The notes beneath the pieces are model-generated. The model made no database searches. It was not told the origin of the DNA and worked only from the letters and a program-made list of their open reading frames with translations. This document shows positions 1-11,613 of a stretch of DNA of 64,000 bases, one piece after another (the stretch's first letter is position 1; every line of letters starts with the position of its first letter). The stretch is from the NCBI GenBank assembly GCA_047495785.1, contig JBLDXI010000017.1, positions 248,001-312,000 on the forward strand, in the 5' to 3' direction. The position numbers were made by a program, and so were the translations under genes. This DNA is from Lepidodermella squamata (lineage: Eukaryota > Animalia > Gastrotricha).

Positions 1-1891
1 GTATTGTAGTTTCGGCCCCGCAAGGAGCCCTCCCGGTCGCGGTGCAAACCTTACCACCTCTTGCCAAATTAATCAACAATCCAAAGTTTGTTGACATGGC
101 CTCGCAAGTTGGGACCTTCGAGGTTGCTGTGAACACTGACATCGAGCAGAGAAATGTTGGAATTTCTACTAGAGATGACGTAGTTTTCATCTATCAGCCC
201 GGTGAAGAACCAGTCAATGACGTTGACCCACCGAAAGCTCCTCGTCGCGAAAAGAAACAGGAGAAGCGGAAACCAAGAAAGCGGTCACCGACACCATCTA
301 CCGAGAGTGAGACAAGTGATTCTGAATCATCTCGTTCAAGTTCAGAGGATCGTCATAAGCATAGGAGGACGCATAAACATTCCCATCATAAACTTTCCAA
401 GCATCATCATCAGCATCATCATCATCACCGAAAATCGAAAGATCACCACACTAAAAAGCATAGAGATCATCAAAGAAGATCATCCTCAGAAAGCTCAAGC
501 TCGACATCAAGTCAATCTGCCTCGTCGTCGAGATCTTCATCTCGATCAAGCTCTAATGACAGGCGAAAACGCAAACATCGATCGAAAGACAAGAAGCATT
601 CAAAGAAGGTCGAAAAATATAAACTTAAAGGCAAAGATTTGAAGGAAAAGCGTGATTTGGAGGCGTCATCTGAGTCATTAGTAGCAAGTCCCAACAAATC
701 CCGATCAACAAAGAGACCGAGTGAATCGGATCAAGCATCTCCAAAGCCACCTGCTGTTATCGTGAACCCTGAGGTACTTAAACAAAAGATTTTAGGTGCT
801 CTAAATGCGAATCAAGCGGAATCGAATCGGACAGCCGAGTCGAGTAGTAGCCATACCGCCAAGGAACCTTTATCCCGAGTTCCTTCTAACCAAACTGCGC
901 CGAGATTGCCATCTGCAGTACCAAAAGCACCCCTCTCCAGGAACCCTTCGCTTAACAACGTGCCTGACAAACATTCTTCAGAACACAAGGCTCTTTCAAG
1001 AAAAGACTCTCAATCACCCCCGCCATCGATTTCAAGATCAAATTCAAGCTTGCAACCCAGCAGTCGTAAAGGCAGATTACAATCTCAGCTATCAAATGTT
1101 GGTTCTAAAGGCAATAATGGTGGTCATCTGAAAGTATCTCAGCAAAGGAGTCACGCTGCTTTAGGAAGAACGAATTCTAATTCTTCAACAGCAGGAAAGT
1201 CTCAGTCTAGGCAATCAAGCCCAGACTCAGTCCAAAGCAAACCTTCACCTCGAGGTCATGTCCCTATTCAAAGGCAGCAATCTATCAAAAGGATGAACAG
1301 CGGCGTAGTTGGCAGAGATCGAAAACTTTCGATTGTACCCGAAAGAGATACCCCTCATTTATACGGTTCTGACGAAGTTGGCGATAATACGCCTTATGTC
1401 GGTGGATCTGAGCCGTTAGTAGAGTGCAACGTATGTCACAGGAGATTCGCGGCTAATCGGCTGGCTATCCACGAGAAGACGCACGCCACTAAACCTAGGA
1501 AAGTCTTCGACATGCGTCAGAGGCGTTTGTCCACGTTCCAGGGCAACGATCTAATGATTGTCCAAGAAAGTGTTAAAAATACCGCGAAGAAGAGCAAGAG
1601 TCAAAAGGAAAACGCTAAATGGCGCGAGAAACACGAGGCGTTCATTGAGGTATGACATTTGAACCTAACCCTGATTAATTATTTACTAAGTCTGTGCTTT
1701 AGCAAATCCGTTATGCTAAAAAGGTGACAGAACTCGAAAAGACAGGCGGTGATATACGGACACTCGGACCTGCACCTAAGACTTTCACAGGCGATCTGGA
1801 GCCATGTCCGAAATGCGGTCGCAAGTTTAACAGTGAAGCTATAAAGCGACATGTTCCGATTTGTAAGGCAGAGCCTGCAAAGCGAAAGTGA
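1..1891 (+). CDS. ZC2HC1-like C2HC zinc-finger protein (paralog A), 5' truncated by the window; exons <1-1649, 1703-1891
   Basis: Frame open from the window edge; Ser/Arg/His-rich low-complexity body; CNVCHRRFAANRLAIHE finger, KWREKHEAFIE|QIRYAK across a GT-AG intron (1650-1702), second finger CPKCGRKFNSEAIKRHVPIC; stop 1889-1891. Confidence 0.8.
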
Positions 1892-2005
1892 CTTTTTAAT
1901 CAAATCGTCACAACATGTTGAACGTTTGTTTCGAGAAGTAAATTGAATTAAAAGGGAACACTGACACGCTGAATTTTGATCGCACATTCATCTCATAGCT
2001 ATACG

Positions 2006-2036
2006 CATAGACAATGATGTACCATCATTGTCTATG
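2006..2036 (-). mobile_element. 31-bp P-element-type excision footprint with 8-bp TSD (GCTATACG)
   Basis: CATAGACAATGATGTACCATCATTGTCTATG flanked by direct repeats at 1998-2005 and 2037-2044; matches the termini of the element at 41762-43575. Confidence 0.9.
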
Positions 2037-2214
2037 GCTATACGATTAATTACTATAAACATCAGTACAAATTATCCATTGCAAGCGAACATGACATCGT
2101 CTAGTTAGGACGAAGGCAATGACCCGAAGAAGGAATCGAGACGAATGTCGGTTTCATAAACCTGCGCTGCTTGCATGAATTGACGAGTTATGAGTATCAT
2201 TCCACCGTTCCTAC

Positions 2215-3130
2215 ATGAATAACAGTTCATTTTATGAGATATTAACACTTGACTGGACAGCAAGTGATGGTTGGCTAATCACTCTTATTGCTAAGGTAAC
2301 TCTATGCATACTGAGCCTTATCGCCAATGGGCTTTGTTGCGCCGACTTCTTCACCCGGAAAAAGCTATTAGCCCAATTTAGAATGTTGATCGCATGCTAC
2401 AGCGTTTCAAACGTTTCAATCGCTTTACTTGGCGTAGCAACCTGTTTCGTTGATCGAATTCAGTACCTACATTTGGAAATTATCATCAAAGGCTGGGCCT
2501 TTTTCAATGTCTTCTCCTTATGGACTCTGGCTATTGTTGCTCATGAACGAAAACGGCACGTTATTTCAGCCTTACCGAACAGGACTTCCAGAAAAGGGTT
2601 GCTTAAGGTTAGTGGGCATGTCTTGGTTATCTCCGGTTTGGATGCAACTATGAGTTTGACGGACTACATGGCAATACAATTGTCTAGTATCCTGTTTTTC
2701 ACGTCAGGATGCCTTATCCCTCTTCTCGCAATTATCTACAACTATTGGTGAGTCCATTGCATTTCAAGATAGATTGATATTAATTTTATTTTACAACAGG
2801 ATCTTGCTACGCTACGTAAGCGGAAAGCGCAGGAAAGCCTCGGCAAGTTTGGCGCCCATTGCTAAGCTGAAAGCTGAAAGAAGACTGAACAATTTACGAA
2901 GTGAAATTGTTGGAGCTCTTGTTGTGATCTGCGTTTGCTCACTACCCCTGAATTTAGCTATGATTTACGACTTTTCACGTTCATTAGATGACAGCGATGC
3001 AGTTGGTTGTGATTTCAAAATCGATTTATCTTTTTACCTTGCAACTGTACATACCATAGTTACTCCTGCAGTTATGTCTTTGAAACGCATCACTGCTCGC
3101 TACAATAAAACTACCCTTAATATGGGATAA
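2215..3130 (+). CDS. Divergent rhodopsin-like 7TM receptor (paralog A); exons 2215-2747, 2800-3130
   Basis: About seven hydrophobic segments; SLWTLAIVAHER at the DRY position, CSLP (CWxP-like) in TM6, TP in TM7; GT-AG intron joins the two ORFs in frame. Confidence 0.7.
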
Positions 3131-4326
3131 TTCAGAGATTCAGTCATGTCTTTTGTCTTTTTATCAACGGAGAGTTCAACTTGATTTGACCGAATACTCG
3201 ATTGCAATTCAGCTAATCAAACTGTCGTATCAAGGTTCCGGGACTATGATTTCAAAATCATAAATATTTGGAAATAATGTCATGTTACGTTGTAAGCTTA
3301 TTCATCATCCTTGTTACATTGGTCACGTTAGCTAAGCTCACGCTCCATAGGATTGAAGATTATTTTACAATTATTACGATATTATTATGACGATTATTAC
3401 GACCATCAACAGTTCTACGGTGCGTGAGCTTGCGAGACAAGTGTTTGTCGGTGTCCCGATGAGGGGACGTTTCTATATTTCATCGTCTAATTTTGTTGTA
3501 ATAATCGACCCTTCGTACTGCATGAGTTGCCATGATCCTAATTGCGGTTTGAGAGTTGGTCGTCGTTAATGGGTTCAATCAATTCGAATTTTTAAAGGGG
3601 TCATTGGGGTGCAACTTGACGATATTATACTTTATATCAATAAATCGCAATTATGCTTATTTTCTTTGGGGAGAAATATCACTTGAAAAGTTCGGAATGG
3701 CTTATACACCTCTTTTTTGTCCAAATTTGATTGCTGATTCACTTCAAACTTGCCTCTATTATCACACAGGTGTTAGTTCGAATTTTTATTTTTTTGCGTC
3801 AGTTTTCTACTCCCCTACTTAACGATGATTGCCCACCTCTCCGTCACACGGACTACCTTGATGGATTGACATTTTATGAAAGATCTAACTTGCATGGTTT
3901 TCCCCTCCCGCATCACTGAATGACAGGTAATTTAATACCATTGTGAGGCACATAGTTTATAAGGATAACTTGATCGTTAGTTTAAAATTTAAAGCAATTA
4001 TCTATTTTGAGAGATAGTGATTGAAAAAACTATGAACAACAAAGTTCGAAAAATCATGTTGCGAATCGGAGAGGTCTCGGTCGCAAAAGCTAGCTCGCGA
4101 CGAATCACGAACATCAAAGCCCTGTACACGTATATACATATAAATAATCAAATTAGGACATTTATTATCCAAAGTAACGCCATGTTTAGCTCTCATGTGG
4201 AATTTCGACCCAGTCAATCAACCTCACTGTCACTAATTGGGCTCGTCAATATCCTCACGTAAGTACATAAGGAAGCCCCGCAGTCGCAGGTGTAATCACT
4301 GCTCATAGTTTTCTAATGAGGTACAT

Positions 4327-5167
4327 ATGGAACTGAGTATTAAACTGCTAAGCTTGTTAGCAGCATCATTCCTGTTAAGTAGTTCAAGTTTGCTAGCCAA
4401 TGCCTTTTACTGCGCTAAATTTTACAAAAAACGTGTCCGTCCACAATTTCGACTACTCGCAACCTGCTACAGCATATCGAATGTCTCAATATCCCTCCTG
4501 GGAACTGCTTTAATTCCGATTCAAGAAGCGGGTGTGGACTTCGCACTAGAAGCAGCCATCAAAGCTTGGGCATTTTTCAATGTCCTTTCCTTATGGACTT
4601 TGGCCCTCTTAGCTCATGAGAGGCGTATTTACATGAAATCTTTAGCGAAAAAGGTCAGGACTGGTCAAGTTGGGTCGATGCTATTAATCGCATGCGCTTT
4701 GAATGCCTCCATGAGCTTGACGGACTACATGGCTATGAAACTGTCCAGCGTCCTTTTCTTCACAGCTGGCTGTTTGCTGCCTCTTTTAGGAATAATATGC
4801 AACTACTGGTACGTCTTATTGTTGCCTAATGCTAATTTGTTTTCTAACAATGCTTTATTTTAGGGTGATTCTCAAGTCTGTTGGAGTAGATCGAAAAGGC
4901 TCTGAATTTCTGGCAAGTTCAAGAGTGGGCAGGATAGCTGAAAAGCGTCGCAGAGCCTTGAAAAAGGATATTTTACGATCTCTGGTTGTGACTTGTGCCT
5001 GTTCATTTCCGCTCAACCTAGCTATTATTTACGATTTCTCTAATCCATCTTATCAAAACATGTCTATGATTGCGTCGATCTTTCTAGCGTCATTTCAAGC
5101 CATAGCCACTCCGGCTGTCATGTCTTATCGCCACTTCATGTCACGTCGCAATAAAAATCTCATTTAA
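4327..5167 (+). CDS. Divergent rhodopsin-like 7TM receptor (paralog B); exons 4327-4808, 4864-5167
   Basis: Shares WAFFNVxSLWTLAxxAHER, MSLTDYMA, PLNLAxIYDFS and TPAVMS with paralog A; same intron position. Confidence 0.7.
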
Positions 5168-5383
5168 TTATTGAAGAACGGATTTTCACGACACTTTTGA
5201 ATAAGCAGGCCGTGACTAGCATGAATGCATGCGTGAATGGTCAGGAGAGTTACCAATGACAGCTCGACTGTTTTCGCACCTTTCAATTCAACAACCGTGT
5301 AAAATGCGCGATAACTTTGCAAAATTTGTCATAAATATATCTTCGCGCATGAATGCGTTCTTCACAGAATCTAGTGCAATGAT

Positions 5384-8300
5384 ATGGCACTTGTCTCGCC
5401 ACTTAAGCCTGATGTGTCGCTGAGTGAGGAGGATCCTGTCTACTGGCGTCTTCACAGATTTCTACATTGGGAAGATGCGAGGCGGTCCATTCCTCGCAGA
5501 CGACCCCGCAAAGGTGACATCAGCGAAAGAAAGGTCAACCTAAGCAATAGAAACAGCCGCATCCCTGGAGTAACACAAAGAGCCAGTTTAGATGACCGGG
5601 TCGAGTACCCACCTCCAGAGGAACGACCTAATAGGGTTCGGGGCTACTACTACGCCCAACAATTCAACTTGGTCAGTTCCTATACCAAATACGCATTCTG
5701 TATCGAACATTTTCATTTTCAGCCATCCTGGATGGATGAGGACCTTGATAGAAGACCATCTCCGCCAAAAGGTGCGACTCATCCTTGGGACCTTGATCCA
5801 CGACCAGGTGATGTGAGCCCTGAAGTCGTAACTCAAAGTCAAGACAGGCCAGTAACCCCAGATTTGCCTCCAGCCCAACCTCCTCCTCCTCCTCCTATTA
5901 TTCAAATGATGCAAAATGAAGAAGAAAATGTGAAAAGTGAGCCGGCTCCTCAACAGAAAACAGTCACATTGTCAGTACCAGATGAAAGCCGCCCTTCTCG
6001 AGAATTGATTTCAAGTGAAATGAGAAACCGATCGAAATCGATAGCAGAGAAAAAGGGAGGACGATTAGACACTAGGAGGCCATCCAGTGCTCTGCATGCG
6101 TCTGATCCCAATATTAAGGAGGTCTTGGAGATGCTTAAGAAGCGTTATGCTGGATCGCCGGCGGAGAAAACTCGTGAGCCGAAGAAATCTGAGAGTAAGT
6201 CGGCGAAATCTGACGGCCGGCAAACTGCCAAGGCATCAGCTCTTTCACAACTCAATGAGAAAATCAAACAAAATGACGCTAGCTTGATTCAGGCTGATGC
6301 CCCGACCTCGGCGAAATCTACTGCTCGAAGCAAAAAAGAGAAACGTAAAGAATCCCCCAAACCAGAGCCGGAAAAACCGAAATTAACCCATCGGCAAAGA
6401 GTTATAGCAGAATTTAAAGCTAAGAAGAAGGGCAAGGAGAAGAAGAAGTACGTTCCTATGTCGAAGAGATACATCAAACCACCTGCTGTCAAAGAAAGCT
6501 GGGACAATGTAACCTCTGCGATTGGTGAAGAGTTCTCTGAAAATGTTAACTGGAAGCCCAAGTCAAGATCTACATCAAGAAGGAGAGAGTTTTCGAATGA
6601 CAGTGATACCGATGAAGGAACAGTCACTTCAAAGGTCTACTACAATGCTTCTCCAACAAATCGCTCCATAAGCAAAGCGTTAGCTAAACTTACCCTTTCT
6701 CGTTTAATCTACTACAGAAATATTTGTAGATCTCTGAAGAGCTCAATTTTGAAACCAGTTACAGTTCCTAAGCTGCAGTCAAAAGGCAAAGCAAGAAGTC
6801 GACTTGCTCTGAGTCAGCCAAATCTCGCTTCTCCGCAGCAAAACTTGAACCATCTAGCTGTTTTGCCTCCAATTGGGAAAGTTACACGAAGCATAAGCAC
6901 TGCCCCTTTGGAGGTCTCAGAAAAGAGAACGAACAACGTCGCATCGCAAGCTTCTCAATGGGAAACTGCAGTCAACACTGATAAAGAAACGCGGAGTGTT
7001 GCAGTTTCTACAAGAGAAGATGTTATCTACATCTATGAAACAGTCCCTGTTGCCAAAAAGAGTAGCAAAAAAGAAAAGAGATTTAGCTCAAGCTCATCTA
7101 GATCATCCAGCTCGTCTTCATACTCAAGTAGAAGAAGATCGAAAAGGAGGCATAGAAGGAGATCCAGGTCCTACTCATTTTCATCATCAAGTTCTTCTAG
7201 ATCTAGCACCTCTTTACAAGCTAGTCCGAAGAAGCATCGAAAATCCAAGTCCAGACGGCCGAAACATGGCCGGCATCGACACAGATCGAACGACGACAAG
7301 CCAGAGACAGCAAAGGCAGTTGAGGAGAATGAGAAACCTGAGAAGTTGGTTGCTTTCACCGTTCGAACGTGGAGTGGCAGAACTCGAAGAATGTCCTACA
7401 CTTCAGAAGATCTTGAAAACAACTCGGTCGAGAGTCTACGGAAGAAAATCATGAATGAGGTCGGTATCCCGAAAGAAACGCTTCAAATTACGACAAAAAC
7501 AAAAGGGGGCGATCAAAGAAGAGCGTCAAAGGCTAACTTGGCTGAAACTGGTTCTATTGAAGGCCTGAGAAGATTGAGAAGGTCTAACTCCCTTCACCCT
7601 GCTGCCTTCTCAGATCAAAGCTCGGGAAATTCCACCCCTCGAAAATCGATAATAAAAACTCAACCAACACCAGGGCCGAATCTCGATAGGAGAATGTCAT
7701 TACCTCTATCTAGAACTTCGTCCCTACCAGCCAGTACCCACCTAGCTGTTCCTACTTTGCTGAAAGATGTTCTGAAGTTTAACAGCAAGATTCCGAACTC
7801 TCCCAAAGTTAAAGTGAGCGAACAGCGCCGGTCTTCCCAGCCGAAAATTGCGGAAGAAAGTCGAGTGGGATCAGAAGAGGAAAGCGGAGCTGAATCACCT
7901 AGAATGTCTACTGCAGCCTCATCCAAACGCGGAGTTCCCCTTCCGAAAATTGTGGTCGAGCCTCCGCCTATCAATCTGCCGAAGCTTGATCTGGAGGAGT
8001 GTCGATACTGCAACAGGAAATTCTTACTAGACCGGCTTGAAATTCACGAGGCGACGTGTTTCAAGATGAAAAGGAATCAAGCTAATCGGAAGATTTTTGA
8101 CAGTAAAAAGGCGAGACTCGCTGCAGTGTTAGCTAATGCATCGGATCGAATGATTCTAGAGGGGCGATCAACTCCTACGCCTCCAAAGAAGCCATCATTA
8201 TGGCGGGAAAAGCACAAAGCTTTCATAGAGGTATAAAACCATTATTTCTCAAGATCAAAGTAAAAAATTTCTGTTTCCAGCAAATCCGTTATGCTAGGAA

Positions 8301-8469
8301 AGTCAGTGAAATTGAGAAAACTGGGGGCGATATCAGGTCGATTGGACCTGCCCCGACGAGTTTCACCGCCGATCTCTCCCAATGTCCGAAATGCGGTCGG
8401 AAATTCAACTCCGAGGCAATAAAGCGCCATGTACCGATATGCAAGGCAGATCCAGTTAACAAACATTGA
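5384..8469 (+). CDS. ZC2HC1-like C2HC zinc-finger protein (paralog B, ~1010 aa); exons 5384-8230, 8281-8469
   Basis: CRYCNRKFLLDRLEIHEATC and CPKCGRKFNSEAIKRHVPIC fingers; WREKHKAFIE|QIRYARK with intron at the same place as paralog A. Confidence 0.8.
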
Positions 8470-8503
8470 GATTTTATTTTTCAGTCCTAAAAATGGGGAG
8501 AAT

Positions 8504-10026
8504 TCACGATAATAAACAACACGCCGAGCTATTCTTATTCCGTTCAGATGAAGCTTCTGAGCGGATTGAAAGCGGGGGGATAACAATTGGTTCTTTCCCA
8601 GTTGGGCAGCCTAGAACCATGTCGAGTTTCGATCGAATGTCTTGAAAGACTTGATAGAAATTTCGCTTGCTGTTCGTTCGATAGTCGATCCAGGATTTAT
8701 GCTCGAGAAACGACGGCAGAGTTCCTCGACGAGGCTTTTTGTTGCTGTTTGGGTCAACTTCTGGGTCGAAGTCCATATTAACCAGTACCATAGATTTTTG
8801 GTGCCTTTCAGCAAAGAGGCATTCTTTCAAGCATTGAGCATTCGAGCTGTAGCTTTCCGAGAATAAAAGGACAAAAGCTTCGGCTGAGATAATTTCCTAC
8901 CAAGGAAAAGGGGTTTGAAATAAAACGCCAAAGAAATTTCACCACTCACTTGACTAATTTCATCTGGAGCTGTTGATGACTTGCCCCGATCCATGAAGAC
9001 ATTGTAGCCGTTATCCATCAACTTTTTCCGAATTTTGACAGCATCCTCCGCCCTGTGCTGTTTGCTGTAACTGACGAAAATCGGCCTTCCTCTAGCTGTC
9101 CTAGGGGTACTCTTCACGCTAGTATTTTTCTCTGCGATTCGTCTGTCTTTTTTGAGGTCTGGACTGGCATTCGGAGATTCCTTTACTGGTGCACCAGCCG
9201 GAGTTTCTGGGCTACTCTCCTCCTCGTCGGAACCGGTTCCTGACTCTTCTGAGCTATTGCCATCTGATTTTCCCCTGTTATTTCGCTTACTACTATCCCC
9301 GAGTAGCTTCAACTGACCATTCACGTATTTCACAACAGCCGATACGTACATCCCAACTTCACAGCCAATGTTCATAGCTACTAAACTGCCATCGAACGGG
9401 TCTAACATCGGAGCACCAATCAAGTCGATCGCCTGACTCGAATTATGGCAAAAAGTACTATTCAGAGACAAACTTTCCCCAATAAGGCCAGAAGCAAATT
9501 CAATCCCACCCTCCAGCGAAAATTTCGGCATTGAAAATTCACGACTTGTTGCGAGGTTTTGACTAGAAATCGAGATGGGCATGAATTCGAACAAGTGTTT
9601 AGACTCGATTGTTTCGAACATCTCGTCGCTTAGTTCGAGCAGGGTGAATCCATAATCTTCATCACCCAATGTCCCACTAAACCACCTTATGGTGTCCTTA
9701 TGGATAGTTACATCCAGAACTTGGGTCCGATCTAAGCCGCTTTTGATTCTTAAAGGGAATGGCTTGGACCGCTTCAGGACGTCCTTTGGTATTACAGTAT
9801 CTGAGGTGAGCAGTGCGAACATCGGTAGCCGAGATGGTAGGAAAACGATGCAAAAACATCCACTCCCAAAAGTTCGCGGAATCGCCTGAAACTCATCGCC
9901 TTCCAGTTCGATTTTGGCCGTGGCATGCGTTGATCTTGTCAAGCTTGGCGTGCTGCCAACAGGTGACGCCTGCTCGATGACTATCGTCGGCAGTCTGGCG
10001 AGTTGTTGAGGTACTTTTTCACGCAT
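8504..10026 (-). CDS. Trypsin-like pseudoprotease + TIR (TIR_2-like) domain protein with C-terminal CaaX; exons 10026-8950, 8896-8504
   Basis: 53-nt GT-AG intron 8949-8897 joins IFVSYSKQHR...YNVFMD to AFVLLFSESYSSNAQCLKE; N-half has GSGCF, LLTSDTVI, DYGFTLLEL and GAPMLD..GSLVAM motifs; ends CCLLS*. Confidence 0.75.
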
Positions 10027-10207
10027 GGTCGAATTACGCTTCTCAACTATGCGATGTGTAATAATATCTGTAGGCTGAGAACTGGAAGATGATTTTTTAT
10101 TGCGGCCGATCGATACAGCATTTTCTCATCGATGCGCCTAATCAACTTCCGGGCTGTTGTGCACATGTGTGTGTGTATGTGTGGATTGATAGCGATCGCC
10201 TCGTCGT

Positions 10208-10220
10208 GTTGCTAGGCAAC
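10208..10220. promoter_or_regulatory. RFX X-box-like palindrome
   Basis: GTTGCTAGGCAAC about 180 bp upstream of the ATG of the TIR gene. Confidence 0.55.
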
Positions 10221-10959
10221 GCGTGTGCGACGCTCTTTAGGTTCAGCTATAAATAGAGCAGATTAATTGTGCGAAAAATTGGGCTTTTCTATTCTTTATT
10301 CTTCGACAGAAAAATTGAGCGACACATCGGCCTTGATCTTCAAAATTAGCTGAGACCATACCGATATTCTGAGAAAAATGGTATTCATGAAAAAACGAAT
10401 TTCCAACAATATTGAAGGAAATAATTAAAGAGCTGAATGCTGAATGCTGAAAGGTTAATATAGAAAATGCTGAAAAGGAAATGAAATTCGGTGATAAAAA
10501 TTAGAAAAATGGAAAAATATAAAATGAATAATAAAAAATTCAAAATTTCAATTTTTCAATTTTTCAAATTCAAATTTGAACAATTTCTCCAAAATCTTCA
10601 AAAATCTCCAGCAAGATTTCAACAGTTCTTCCTTAATTCTTCCTTAATTTCTTGTTTTCAAATAGCATTTTTTTGTACTTTTATTTTTTATCGCACTTTT
10701 CGTCCTATTTTTGATACCATGTGTCCTAAGTGATGTTTTGCGCTCGAAATATGCTGCCACTTCGGAGTTGCGAAAAATAGCCAGTCCCAGAAGTTTTATG
10801 TTGTTATTCGAGGAGCAGCAGGTTTTGAAAATGTATCTTCGGTACTCACTTCGGCCTATATAACCAGCTATGATCATGGCTAAAGAACAGTTACAAATTT
10901 CATCAGCTTTTCTTTCAGCTAATTCTTCAAGTTTACTAACGACCGATTCCGGCTGGAAA

Positions 10960-11613
10960 ATGAACTCTTTCACTGCTTGCGTAATTTTTGCCATGATCGC
11001 GTATGCTAACGGTGAGTATTTTCCTGATAATTTTACGAAACTCGGATTGATAATTATTTCTGATTTATTAGCTTTGGGGTATAACGGCCTCGGCTATGGC
11101 TTCGGAGCTGGAAATTCAGGCGCCTCGGCGAACGGTTTCGGTGCAGCGGGATACAACAATAACCTCTTTGGTCTGAACCACGGCCTGGGATTCGGATTTG
11201 GTGGGCAGCATGCTGTTGCTAACCTCGGCGGAGCTCATGGTTTGAAATTATTATTTTTCAATATATCTCAAATATGAACATTACATCTTTTATAGCCGGA
11301 AATGGTTTCGGAGCTAACTATGGATTTGGCCACCTTGGAAACTTCGGATACGCACCGTTCTATGGCAACCAGTTTTACGGTCATGGTGCTCTGAATGGCC
11401 TGAATGGCCTGAACGGCTTCAACAGTAAGAGTCTTTAATTTTTTTTGCTGCTTAATTTTTTGAAATTTTCTGAAAATAGATGTGCATGGAGCTCGTTTTG
11501 CTGGACATGTCGGTCTTAACAACGGTGTCGCTGGACTTAGCCACGGCGTTGGATCGGTTGGTGCCCCGTACGGACGCTCGGGCCTTGGCTACTTGCGCTA
11601 TGGCTTCATTTGA
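10960..11613 (+). CDS. Secreted Gly/Asn/aromatic-rich protein; exons 10960-11011, 11072-11239, 11296-11424, 11480-11613
   Basis: Signal peptide MNSFTACVIFAMIAYANA; three phase-1 GT-AG introns keep the frame; ends GLGYLRYGFI*; TATA-like element near 10857 and AATAAA near 11759. Confidence 0.75.

Noticed and set aside
2006-2036. Palindrome read as a terminator, CRISPR repeat or miRNA hairpin
   Set aside because: Eukaryotic context, no array, and the 8-bp TSDs plus identity to transposon ends explain it
2215-5167. Possible opsins
   Set aside because: No retinal-binding Lys in TM7 of either receptor
10644-10994. Minus-strand 116-aa ORF containing IIAGYIG, reminiscent of transposase C-termini
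   Set aside because: Overlaps the TATA, 5' UTR and signal exon of the well-supported plus-strand Gly-rich gene; no TIRs or other motifs
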